From IMG/VR virus record IMGVR_UViG_3300008448_008004, positions 29,829-93,828 of that record: a stretch of 64,000 nucleotides of DNA; one strand, given 5' to 3'. Position numbers and translations under genes: made by a program. The notes under the pieces are model-generated. The model had not been told where the DNA came from and did not search any database. It was given only the letters and a program-made list of their open reading frames with translations. The stretch comes from a virus. Shown here piece after piece: positions 1 to 9,506 of the stretch; position 1 is the first letter of the stretch, and the number at the start of each line of letters is the position of its first letter.

Positions 1-237
1 ATGGAGTGGGTTCGTTTACACGCAGAATCAGTTACAGGACGTATGGGTTATGCTGCTGGTTACAAAAAAGATATTGACCTTGAAATGTTGGACCCAACAG
101 GTGTGGCTGTCGAAAAATGGATTCTTCAAGGAACATTCTTAACAAGTGTTGATTTTGATTCATTAGGATATAGTGAAGATGGTTTAATAACTGTAAAGGC
201 AACTCTTAGACCTGACAGATGTATATTAGTATACTAA
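1..237 (+). CDS. Tail tube protein, T4 gp19-like (5'-truncated by the window edge)
   Basis: YKKDIDLEMLDPTG..VEKWILQGTF...F..L.Y....I.....L..D resembles the C-terminal half of myophage gp19-type tube proteins; it lies upstream of the chaperone and tape measure genes. Confidence 0.8.
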   Translation: MEWVRLHAESVTGRMGYAAGYKKDIDLEMLDPTGVAVEKWILQGTFLTSVDFDSLGYSEDGLITVKATLRPDRCILVY

Positions 238-258
238 AAACAAAATAAAATATTATTT

Positions 259-287
259 AATCCCATCTATTTTAGGTGGGATTTTTT
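259..287 (+). terminator. Rho-independent terminator after the tail tube gene
   Basis: AATCCCATCTA-TT-TAGGTGGGATT stem (one G.U pair) followed by a T run. Confidence 0.8.
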
Positions 288-330
288 ATTTACATAAACT
301 AAAGTCAAGTTATTTTTAAAGAAAAAAATT

Positions 331-1089
331 ATGGATAAAAGTGCTCAATATGGTCAAATGGATTTTAATCTTCCACATGACGTTGTAAAATTACCATCCG
401 GAGGGATGTTTTATAAACCAAAAAAAGAAAGTTTAAAAGTTGGTTATTTGACCGCATCTGATGAAAATTTATTAATGTCCCCAAATACACCATCAGATGG
501 TATAATAAATAATTTGTTGAGGACAAAAATTTATGAACCTGGTTTTGATGTTGGACAACTTTTAGACGTAGACGTTCAAGCCATATTAATTTTTTTAAGG
601 AACACTTCTTTTGGTAATGAATACGAATTTTCAATTAATGACCCCAAGACTAATAAAAGATTTGATGCTAAAATCCTTTTGGATGAATTGAACTATATCC
701 CCATGAGTAATAAACCGGACTCTGAAGGATTATTTGATTTTGTTTTACCAAAATCGAGGGCACAAGTAAAGTTGAAACTTTTAACATTATCTGAAACAAA
801 TGAGTTAGAAAAGTTACAGGAAAATTATCCGCCAAACATGGTTGCTCCGGTTATAACAAAAAGATTAGAAAAACAAATTGTAGAATTAAACGGTGACAGA
901 GATAAACTAAAAATTGTACAGTTCGTTACTCAAATGCCTATTATTGATTCTAAGGAGTTAAGAAAATTTATTAGAGATTGTGAGCCCAAAATAGACTTAA
1001 AAAGAACAATTACCGCCCCGTCCGGAGAAAGAGTCACAGTTAATGTGTCTTTTGGGGCGGAGTTTTTTCGTCCTTTCTTCTCAATTTAA
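331..1089 (+). CDS. Tail/baseplate-hub assembly chaperone (T4 gp26-like)
   Basis: V.LPS.G.FY, LTA.DE.LL, D..AILIFLR..SFG.EY and F.LPKS motifs; position between tube and tape measure genes. Confidence 0.7.
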   Translation: MDKSAQYGQMDFNLPHDVVKLPSGGMFYKPKKESLKVGYLTASDENLLMSPNTPSDGIINNLLRTKIYEPGFDVGQLLDVDVQAILIFLRNTSFGNEYEFSINDPKTNKRFDAKILLDELNYIPMSNKPDSEGLFDFVLPKSRAQVKLKLLTLSETNELEKLQENYPPNMVAPVITKRLEKQIVELNGDRDKLKIVQFVTQMPIIDSKELRKFIRDCEPKIDLKRTITAPSGERVTVNVSFGAEFFRPFFSI

Positions 1090-1213
1090 ACAAATTTTAT
1101 TAGATGAAATATTTTATTTAACAAAATATGCAAACTTTTCATATTCAGATATTATGAAAATGCCAACATATGAAAGGAAATATTTCATAAATAAACTTTT
1201 CGAAAAACAATAG
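1043..1213 (+). CDS. Small overlapping +1-frame ORF (56 aa), gp51-like chaperone; may be expressed as a frameshift extension of 331..1089
   Basis: Not in the ORF track. Reads MCLLGRSFFVLSSQFKQILLDEIFYLTKYANFSYSDIMKMPTYERKYFINKLFEKQ*; the SYSDI..MP.YER..F motif resembles T4-type gp51 baseplate chaperones. Confidence 0.65.
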   Translation: MCLLGRSFFVLSSQFKQILLDEIFYLTKYANFSYSDIMKMPTYERKYFINKLFEKQ

Positions 1214-1220
1214 AAAATAA

Positions 1221-1228
1221 TATTTATA
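1221..1228 (+). promoter_or_regulatory. TATTTATA putative late-promoter motif
   Basis: 7 nt upstream of the tape measure ATG; the motif recurs before most structural genes. Confidence 0.6.
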
Positions 1229-1235
1229 AAATAAA

Positions 1236-3032
1236 ATGATGTTTTTTGAGACAGAAGCAGGCGAATTAGGAAGTGCTGCTGGTAAAAATTTAAAGGAATT
1301 TGCAGATGCACTAAAAGGTGCATTAGAACAGTCTTTAAGTCCCGAAGGATTTGTCAAGGCCTTGACGGATGTTGAAAACCAATCAAACAAATTACAAAAA
1401 AGTATTGGGGGTGTTGTTATTGGTGCAGACCAATTTAGAGAAAAACTAATGGCCGCATACAAAAACACTCAAAACATGAATGCGACCTTTGCAGACACTG
1501 TAAATGCGGTTAAGGGTTTAGCTCAAGGTATGGGTAAATTTGTAAACCCATCACAAGAGGCATTAGAGGCGGTAGTTGGATTAGCCAAAGGTATTGGTGA
1601 AACACCTGAAAAGATTGGTGAAATGACTTCAAATCTAATGAGTTTTGGAGGAACCCAAGTAGAGGTTGTTGGTAAAATGAATGAAATTGCAAAAAGTGCA
1701 AGAAAAGCCGGACTTGATGCAAAAGGATTATTGGCGGACATAACAACTAACTTGAAAAAAGCATCAGGATTTGGTTTCTCAAACAGTGTGAAAGGACTCA
1801 CCGAAATGGCAAAACAGGCAAAACTTTTACGTACAGATGTATCATCATTAGGTGCAATGAGTTTACAAGGAAGTATATTAGACCCAGAAGGAGCAATAGA
1901 AGCTGCTTCCAAATTTCAAATGTTAGGTGGGCAAGTTGGAAAACTTGGGGACCCCTTCCAACTATTATATATGGCACAAAAAGATTTAGCCGGTCTACAA
2001 GATGAGTTAGTCAAATCTTCAAAAGCTGCATTTACGTTCAATAAAGAAACTGGAAACTTTGACATAGGAACTCAAGATTTATATAGATTAAGAGAACAAG
2101 CAAAAATAACAGGTCAAGATTTTGATGCCTTAGTTAATTCGGGTAAAGAAGCAGCAAAACTTGATTACCTTACCGAAAAATTTAACTTAAAAGGATTAGA
2201 TAAGGAAACTCAACAAATGGTTGCGGGGTTAGCTCAGATAGGTGAAGGAGGAAAAGTTGAAATAGATATACCTGGATATAAGAAAATTGAAGCAAACAGT
2301 GCGGAACAATTAAAGACGGCATTACAATCTGAGGATGTACAAAAAAAATTAAAAGAATATCAGGCTAAGGCCGACATGGACTCAAAAGACTTGGCTGTAT
2401 CTCAATTATCTGTCACAGAAGAGTTATCTGCATCCGCAAGAACGATAAGAGATGCGGTTTTATTACAATCGGGAGCAGTCGCAGAAACGGACAGAAAGGC
2501 ATTGTTAGATGGTTTAAGAACCGACGCTAAAGATGCTATTGACGCATATGGTAAAGTTGCAAAAGTTGCTCAAGACAAAACTTATGAGATTGCAAAAACA
2601 GGTGTTAGTGCTGTTGGTAAACAAATGGAAGATACTAAAGAAAGATATTCTAAAAACACAGAAAAAGAATTGTTAAAACAAAAAGTAGAGGGTAAGGAAT
2701 ATAAAGGTGAAGACACAGAAGTTACTGTAAAAGATGGATTATTTCCATCGGCAAATAGTGCCCCAACAATTTTAAGTAAAGGAGCAATTTATAAAGGTAT
2801 TGTTGGGGATGATGTTGCTGTTGGAACAAATTTAGGGGAGGCACTTAACAAAGCTGGTTCCGGTAATATTGGAGGAGCTATTGATATTAATATTAATTTG
2901 ACAGGGTCAATAGGTGGTGACCCAGGACAACTTACAAAAATGTTTAATTCACCACAAGTTCAAAAACAAATAATGGATACGGTCTTATATAAGTTGAATG
3001 ATTATAAAAAACAACAAGGGGTTCTTGCCTAA
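1236..3032 (+). CDS. Tape measure protein (598 aa)
   Basis: Ala/Gly/Lys/Glu-rich helical composition; follows the tube and chaperone genes. Confidence 0.75.
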   Translation: MMFFETEAGELGSAAGKNLKEFADALKGALEQSLSPEGFVKALTDVENQSNKLQKSIGGVVIGADQFREKLMAAYKNTQNMNATFADTVNAVKGLAQGMGKFVNPSQEALEAVVGLAKGIGETPEKIGEMTSNLMSFGGTQVEVVGKMNEIAKSARKAGLDAKGLLADITTNLKKASGFGFSNSVKGLTEMAKQAKLLRTDVSSLGAMSLQGSILDPEGAIEAASKFQMLGGQVGKLGDPFQLLYMAQKDLAGLQDELVKSSKAAFTFNKETGNFDIGTQDLYRLREQAKITGQDFDALVNSGKEAAKLDYLTEKFNLKGLDKETQQMVAGLAQIGEGGKVEIDIPGYKKIEANSAEQLKTALQSEDVQKKLKEYQAKADMDSKDLAVSQLSVTEELSASARTIRDAVLLQSGAVAETDRKALLDGLRTDAKDAIDAYGKVAKVAQDKTYEIAKTGVSAVGKQMEDTKERYSKNTEKELLKQKVEGKEYKGEDTEVTVKDGLFPSANSAPTILSKGAIYKGIVGDDVAVGTNLGEALNKAGSGNIGGAIDININLTGSIGGDPGQLTKMFNSPQVQKQIMDTVLYKLNDYKKQQGVLA

Positions 3033-3048
3033 AAAATCTAAAACAATC

Positions 3049-3056
3049 TATTTATC
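3049..3056 (+). promoter_or_regulatory. TATTTATC putative late-promoter motif
   Basis: Short intergenic gap, 13 nt before ATG 3070. Confidence 0.5.
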
Positions 3057-3069
3057 ATAAAAAGACTAA

Positions 3070-6000
3070 ATGGAGAGTCCACTATCATTTAATTCAAGTG
3101 AAAATTTTAGAAAAAAACTTTTGGTGCGTAATTTACCACCATATAAAGTTGATAATGCATTTTCCAATAATAGTAAACCTGGGTCATCTGAGTTTACAAT
3201 TAATGACCTTACACCAATTGATTCACCAAGCGTAGAACAAATCGGAAACCAACAAGAAAAAGTTTTATTACCAATAAATCAATACGGACCACAAAATAAC
3301 CAAGGTGACTTTGGTAATATGGTTCCAATAAATAATAACCTAAATTATAAATCAAACGAAGGTGTTTATGGATATCCCGACAGTATTGGAAGTGATTTAG
3401 AAGTTATTGGTAACAATACTGAAAAACAACTTATTATAAAAAATGTATATCGACCACAAAATGGTTTGGCGGATTTTGGCTCAACTGCTTGGTATATAAA
3501 TAATGATAAAGTAATCAACACAATAGGTGAAGGTGAATATACAATTCAAGACACTGTTGGAGGTAATTTAGAAACTACCGCAAATTTAGACAGACCTGTA
3601 TTGATAACTAATAATCAGTACGGTCCACAGCTTTTAACAAATACTGAAGTTCCAATTAATAACAACTATCAGACTAATCCAAATGAGGGTGAATATGGGT
3701 TTCCTGATACCTTTGGAAGTCAGTTAGAAACTGTTGGTGATACTGATAGACCTGTATTATTTGCTATTAATCAGTATGGACCTGATAATATACCAACAAA
3801 TGAAGTTCAAATTAATCAAAACCTTCAAACAAATTCAAATGAGGGTGAATATGGTTTTCCTGATACAGTTAATAGTGAACTACAATTAATTGGTGAAGAC
3901 GAAAGAACACCAAGTTTTTTACAAAACCCATATGGTCCTGAACAAGGGCAAAGTGTTTTTGAAGTTGACCCTTATAGAAAATTAAAAAATTTAATAATAC
4001 CGCAAGGAAATTATTTAGATGCTACAGATACTTTTGGTAGTGAATTAGAATTAGAGGCGGGTATAAAAGAAACTGAGGCATATATTGGAAATACTTACGC
4101 AACAGGAACAGGAGAATATGACCCAACACTTTTCAGATATTTACAGACAAAAGGTTTACAGTTACCTTACGCAAATTCAGATAACACATTTATATTTTTA
4201 CCCTCAACATATACACCTTATAGTATATTAATAAGTGATAATCCTAGTGGTTCTGATGGTACGTTATCAGAGGACTCAAGCTTAGCTGGTATTGGTGCAA
4301 AACAACTTAACAAAGAATTTAAACATAGAGTTGCATTAGAGTTATATCAACAAACATTAGGTCAAATAAATTTATTTAGTGGTAATGTAAATCCTGAAAC
4401 TGGTGAAATATCCGCAAACCCAAATACAGACCCATTCAATGCTATTGGACTATTAACGGGTAACGTTCCAATTATTGCAAGAAAATATAATATCACAACA
4501 CCTGACTTTTTATTTGGGCAAGGAATTAATTTTGCTGCCAAATTAGCAGGATTGTATTCACCATATTCTTATATCCCTGGTGAATATTTTGACTATCCTA
4601 ACTCGGTAGGTAATGGGCCATATCAGAATCCACTATCTTTAATAGGTGGGGCATTAGGTTCATTATTCAGTGCATTACAACCAGCTAATCAATCATCATC
4701 TGAATTATTAGTTGAATACACATCAGTGGCAACAAGAAAATTATTATATGACCAATTAAGATATAATATTTATAGACCTAACTATAAAATAGGTAATAAT
4801 TTATTGGCACCTCCGGGTTCATTTTACGTTGGTGATAGAAAGAATCATTTAACTGAATTAGTTTCACCGGCACCTTTTTTACCATATGGTAGAGATGGTA
4901 AGACATCGGCTATGGGACCTGTTCTTTCTTACTCAGATATGGGTAAGTTATATGAAACTTCTCAACTTGACGACACTCAGTTTGGTATTAATAGTAGAAA
5001 CTTATATAGTGCAGGCGCAACTAGAGATGGGGTAAAATGGATAGGTAGTAATATTTCGGGTGGGTTAACTTGGATTGGTAGTAAAAGCCCCGACCAACTT
5101 AACTGTCCTTTACCTGGAAAATTAGTAGGTAGAGGTAATCAAGAATTTGAAGATAATAGTGAATTTAATTTTAATAATCTATCGGGGTTCGATAGCACTA
5201 AATCCACAAATAATAATTTTACACCAGGGTCAATACTTGATGTGACACAAAAGTTAATTGACGCGGGTGAAAGAAGTAGTAGTAGAGAACATGTCGGAAA
5301 GGCTATTAATCAAGTATCTAAAGTTTTTAACGACGGATACCAAGAAATAACAAAAGGTTCAAGAGTAGTAAGATACACGACAAAAAATTCAACAGGTGGT
5401 GGTGATATTAAAGGTTTAGAATATTGTAGAATTTTTACAAAAGACAGGCCTTATTACACATATGATGAATTACAAAAAACAGATGGTAATATTAGAAAAT
5501 ACACAGATTCGGTTTTAGATAATACTTGGAATTTGAACATAGCACCTGTTGATGGATATAGTGTCAAAGACGGTAAAGTTAAAAAATATATGTTTTCATT
5601 AGAAAACTTAGCTTGGAGAACTTCAAATAAAAAAGGTTTCACCTATGAAGATTTACCTGCTTGTGAAAAAGGACCTAACGGGGGACGTATTATGTGGTTT
5701 CCACCTTACGGATTAAGTTTTGATGAACAAATTTCGACAGGATGGAATGAAAATACGTTTTTAGGAAGAACAGAACCAATTTATACATACACTAATACAT
5801 CAAGAAAAGGTAATTTATCATTTAAAGTGATTGTTGACCACCCATCTATATTAAACTTAATAGTTGATAAGGAGTTAGAAAACGTAGGAAATAATGGAGA
5901 AATTACTCAAATTGTCGATTCGTTCTTTGCGGGTTGTACAAAATACGACTTATGGGATTTAACAACAAAATTCCCTATGTTTACACCAAATGATGTTTTT

Positions 6001-9000
6001 GAAACTCAAATTTTAACAACGGAAGATATTGTTACAGTAGTCGAAGAACATAACTATACTACAATAGAAGAAGAGGTAGATATAGATGATGATTATATTC
6101 CACCAACAGAAACACCACCATGTACTGTTTATCATTATGAAATTGGAGTTAATACTGATTTAAAATATACTGCATGTACGGGAAATGAAATTACTTTATC
6201 ATTGTCAGGAGGTAATAAAGGAGACATTTGTGTTCAAAGAGGAACTACACCTCAAATTATTACACCGGACCCGACAAATACGGTTACACCAACAGGTGAT
6301 GAATGTACTAGTACGACACCTAATCCAACTCCGACACCATCTCCAACACCAACACCAACACCAACGGAACCACCATTAAAAACAACGTTTCCCGATATTG
6401 GATTTTATTTTGATAATAATTTCCCCGATGGAACTAATAATAGAGAGGGGGTAACTGTAGATAAGGACTTTAAACATTGGTATGATTTATATATTGCTTC
6501 AGAAAACCAATACGTAAATTTAGGTAAAAGTGGAAGTTATTCGGCAGCATTAAACAAAATTGTTATTTATGGAGACCCCACATATAAAGATTATACTAAT
6601 TATGTAACAAACCAATTACCAAATGATGCTAAAATTAAATACCTAGATAGTTTTGTTGACACTAGAAAAGACAAAATATCAGAATTTTTTGGGTATATTA
6701 AAAAAGAATTTGAAGAAGCAAAAAAATTCATTGAAAAAATTGGACCTCTATTAGACGCTGGTGACACAATTTCATTTGATTTAGTTGCAAGTGCTTCGGC
6801 GGTTAATGATAACGCTTATAATATTAATTTATCTAAGAGAAGATATGACTCCGTTAAAAAATGGATTTATGCTCAAACTTCACCAAATGGAACTACAATG
6901 GAAAAATATGTCCAACAAGGTAAATTAAAAATCAAAGAATCTACAGTTGGTGAGGACACAAGTCTTGTCGATGAACCTTATAAATTCATTAAATGTAGTA
7001 AAGATTTTCAAGACAGACAAAAAGACGGAACTGTTTCTGTTAACGCTATGGCTTGTAGAAGAACAAAAATTTCTAACATAGAAAGAACCAAAAACGTTTC
7101 TCAAAATGAAAACCCAACAAATACTGAGTCAAGTAACGTAGTAACAAATAATGGTGACCCATCACAAACAAACCAACAATTGGCTGGTCAAGATTTTATT
7201 ATTACAGGTCCTGCAGGTCAAGAAAGTACAGGACAAAGTATAACACAACCTAACTCATCTTCACAATCATTTGTTTCACAATCACCAGAATCGCAACCAT
7301 ATACCAATAGTATTAATACAAGACCACAAGATGTCCAAACACAAACTTTTGAAAAAAGAAAAGATTTAACAAAAAGATTAGCAAGAAAACTTTTAACTGA
7401 GTGTAACTATTTTGAATATATTCAACAAAATGCCCCGATGATATACGATGGAATAAAATCTAAAATAAAATATTTCCAACCGGCATTTCACTCAATAACT
7501 CCTGAAGGGCTTAATTCTAGATTAGTTTTCTTACAACAATGTATGAGGCCTGGTGATACCATCCCTACAATTTCTGAATCAAATGGGGGTCAAGTTAAAC
7601 TACTTTACAATGACGTATCAAATAGTGCGTTTGGGGCTCCACCAATCTGCGTATTAAGAATTGGTGATTTCTTTCACACTAAAATAGTAATAGATGGTTT
7701 AACCTTAAAATATGATGAAGTACCATTTGATTTAAATCCTGAAGGAATTGGCGTCCAACCAATGATTGCGGATGTTACGGTTTCTTTTTCTTTTATTGGT
7801 GGACATGGATTGGCGGAACCTGTCGCTAAATTACAAAATGCATTAAGTTTTAACTATTATGGTAATACTGAAATGTATGACGAAAGAGCCGAATCCACGT
7901 CTCAATTAGATTTAAGTCAATATGATGCACAAATAATATCACAAATAAAAGATGAGTTAAATGTCGTTGACACATCAGCCACAAGACCTACGGTAAATGA
8001 TGGTGGAGTAACCATTGGTGTTACTAAAACTAACACTGTTGATTTAGTAACTTCAGCAACAACCGGAACTATCACATATAAAGACATTATGTCAAAGTTA
8101 GTGGACTCTACTAAATCATATGTAGAAAAAACAACATCTACTTTAGAAAAAATTAATCAAGAATATTTAATTGGGGGTCTTCAAATATTCACTAAGGATA
8201 GAAAATATACAGACGGGTTTTTCAATAGTTTAGGTGGTGATTTATCAAACACGGCTAACATATTTGGTTATGCTAGTACAATACAAGATAAATTAAACGA
8301 TTTAGCAACTAAGACTAAAGAAGATATAGATAACGACTTGTGTCCTTTATTACCTACAGTATATAATCAAAATTTGACCGACATACAAATTAAAAAAATT
8401 AAAAAACAATTAAAAGATAATATTGATACGAGAAAGAACGAAATGACAAATGCGTTAGAGAATTACTCTAATGAAATTTCAACGAATGAATTAGATTTAA
8501 TTAGTTTAATTGATAAAATTAGTTTTGTTTCTAATGGACATGACGGGTTTATAAAGAAAACCTTCTCAACTGTTGTTTATAATCTTTCAGGAACAACAAA
8601 GGTTACCCAACCAACATTACCTAATGTTGTGGACACACTACAAGAATTGGTTTTAGATTCATATTTAGTAAAAGATGATATGAATACATATTATCAAAAA
8701 CTTTCTGAGTTCTCTTTAATTCCTACAGGTGATGATGTTTATAGTAGTAATTATACTCAGAACACTTATTTACCTGAAAACAAACCTGGAGACACTAGAT
8801 TTTTTATGTTATTTGGTAAACCTATTATTGATAACCCTGATAAATTTGTAGATGACTTAATTAACAAAGCAATACCAAACGCTAACCAACAGGACAAAGA
8901 TGATTGGTTTTTATATTTAATGAATAATGTGAAAAATCCAAATAAAGGATTGCAAAATGCTTATTTAGCTTCTATGGTTGAAGTTAATAATAAAATTGAA

Positions 9001-9189
9001 AAATTCAGAACAGAATACTTTAATTCTACATTTACCAATTATTTACCTTATAATAAAGATAAAGAAAGGTTAATGTGGTATCAATCACAAGTACCGGCTA
9101 ACTCAAATGATAGTAGAGATTTGTCAAATTTATACAAATCAATTAATAGTGGAGGAGATAAATTTAATTTGAAAAAAAAGTTTAAATAA
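3070..9189 (+). CDS. Giant tail/baseplate protein (2039 aa): N-terminal repeats, split tube-initiator-like domain, Cys module, PT linker, OmpA-like domain
   Basis: FPPYGLSF.E....W....FLGR.EPIYTY....R...LSF and PP...LRIGDF....I.I..L...Y...........PM.A.V..SF resemble gp48/gp54/Pvc7-type initiators; YNINLSKRR..SV and RR.KI resemble the OmpA C-terminal domain. Confidence 0.55.
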   Translation: MESPLSFNSSENFRKKLLVRNLPPYKVDNAFSNNSKPGSSEFTINDLTPIDSPSVEQIGNQQEKVLLPINQYGPQNNQGDFGNMVPINNNLNYKSNEGVYGYPDSIGSDLEVIGNNTEKQLIIKNVYRPQNGLADFGSTAWYINNDKVINTIGEGEYTIQDTVGGNLETTANLDRPVLITNNQYGPQLLTNTEVPINNNYQTNPNEGEYGFPDTFGSQLETVGDTDRPVLFAINQYGPDNIPTNEVQINQNLQTNSNEGEYGFPDTVNSELQLIGEDERTPSFLQNPYGPEQGQSVFEVDPYRKLKNLIIPQGNYLDATDTFGSELELEAGIKETEAYIGNTYATGTGEYDPTLFRYLQTKGLQLPYANSDNTFIFLPSTYTPYSILISDNPSGSDGTLSEDSSLAGIGAKQLNKEFKHRVALELYQQTLGQINLFSGNVNPETGEISANPNTDPFNAIGLLTGNVPIIARKYNITTPDFLFGQGINFAAKLAGLYSPYSYIPGEYFDYPNSVGNGPYQNPLSLIGGALGSLFSALQPANQSSSELLVEYTSVATRKLLYDQLRYNIYRPNYKIGNNLLAPPGSFYVGDRKNHLTELVSPAPFLPYGRDGKTSAMGPVLSYSDMGKLYETSQLDDTQFGINSRNLYSAGATRDGVKWIGSNISGGLTWIGSKSPDQLNCPLPGKLVGRGNQEFEDNSEFNFNNLSGFDSTKSTNNNFTPGSILDVTQKLIDAGERSSSREHVGKAINQVSKVFNDGYQEITKGSRVVRYTTKNSTGGGDIKGLEYCRIFTKDRPYYTYDELQKTDGNIRKYTDSVLDNTWNLNIAPVDGYSVKDGKVKKYMFSLENLAWRTSNKKGFTYEDLPACEKGPNGGRIMWFPPYGLSFDEQISTGWNENTFLGRTEPIYTYTNTSRKGNLSFKVIVDHPSILNLIVDKELENVGNNGEITQIVDSFFAGCTKYDLWDLTTKFPMFTPNDVFETQILTTEDIVTVVEEHNYTTIEEEVDIDDDYIPPTETPPCTVYHYEIGVNTDLKYTACTGNEITLSLSGGNKGDICVQRGTTPQIITPDPTNTVTPTGDECTSTTPNPTPTPSPTPTPTPTEPPLKTTFPDIGFYFDNNFPDGTNNREGVTVDKDFKHWYDLYIASENQYVNLGKSGSYSAALNKIVIYGDPTYKDYTNYVTNQLPNDAKIKYLDSFVDTRKDKISEFFGYIKKEFEEAKKFIEKIGPLLDAGDTISFDLVASASAVNDNAYNINLSKRRYDSVKKWIYAQTSPNGTTMEKYVQQGKLKIKESTVGEDTSLVDEPYKFIKCSKDFQDRQKDGTVSVNAMACRRTKISNIERTKNVSQNENPTNTESSNVVTNNGDPSQTNQQLAGQDFIITGPAGQESTGQSITQPNSSSQSFVSQSPESQPYTNSINTRPQDVQTQTFEKRKDLTKRLARKLLTECNYFEYIQQNAPMIYDGIKSKIKYFQPAFHSITPEGLNSRLVFLQQCMRPGDTIPTISESNGGQVKLLYNDVSNSAFGAPPICVLRIGDFFHTKIVIDGLTLKYDEVPFDLNPEGIGVQPMIADVTVSFSFIGGHGLAEPVAKLQNALSFNYYGNTEMYDERAESTSQLDLSQYDAQIISQIKDELNVVDTSATRPTVNDGGVTIGVTKTNTVDLVTSATTGTITYKDIMSKLVDSTKSYVEKTTSTLEKINQEYLIGGLQIFTKDRKYTDGFFNSLGGDLSNTANIFGYASTIQDKLNDLATKTKEDIDNDLCPLLPTVYNQNLTDIQIKKIKKQLKDNIDTRKNEMTNALENYSNEISTNELDLISLIDKISFVSNGHDGFIKKTFSTVVYNLSGTTKVTQPTLPNVVDTLQELVLDSYLVKDDMNTYYQKLSEFSLIPTGDDVYSSNYTQNTYLPENKPGDTRFFMLFGKPIIDNPDKFVDDLINKAIPNANQQDKDDWFLYLMNNVKNPNKGLQNAYLASMVEVNNKIEKFRTEYFNSTFTNYLPYNKDKERLMWYQSQVPANSNDSRDLSNLYKSINSGGDKFNLKKKFK
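3274..4059 (+). repeat. About five degenerate 52-59 aa coding repeats (NQYGP...IN.N.....NEGEYGFPDT.GS.LE)
   Basis: Visible in the translation; near-identical DNA CAAATGAGGGTGAATATGG(G/T)TTTCCTGATAC at about 3680 and 3836. Confidence 0.8.
6313..6375 (+). repeat. Pro-Thr tract TTPNPTPTPSPTPTPTPTEPP
   Basis: Direct translation. Confidence 0.9.
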
Positions 9190-9506
9190 TGGACTACTAT
9201 AACAGATATAAGGATTTTTTAATTAATGGGAAGCAAACTGTTGTTCCATTTTTAACTATTCCATCTAGAGTTACCGACCAACAGTATCTTTATAGGTCAG
9301 GTCAAAGTCGATTAGATAAAATTAGTTTTGAAAAATATGGAACACCTTATTTCGGATGGTTAATACTTGCTGCTAACCCAATGTATGGCGGATTAGAACA
9401 AAACATACCAGATGGAACTATTTTAATAATCCCATACCCATTAACCGCAGCACTTCAAGACTACAAATCTTCATTAGATACACATATATTCTATTATGGC
9501 CGTTAG
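9189..9506 (+). CDS. LysM-like / gp53-like baseplate wedge protein
   Basis: G..RLD.IS...YG....GW.IL.ANP.......IP.G..L.IP; coupled to the upstream gene by TAATG. Confidence 0.7.
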   Translation: MDYYNRYKDFLINGKQTVVPFLTIPSRVTDQQYLYRSGQSRLDKISFEKYGTPYFGWLILAANPMYGGLEQNIPDGTILIIPYPLTAALQDYKSSLDTHIFYYGR

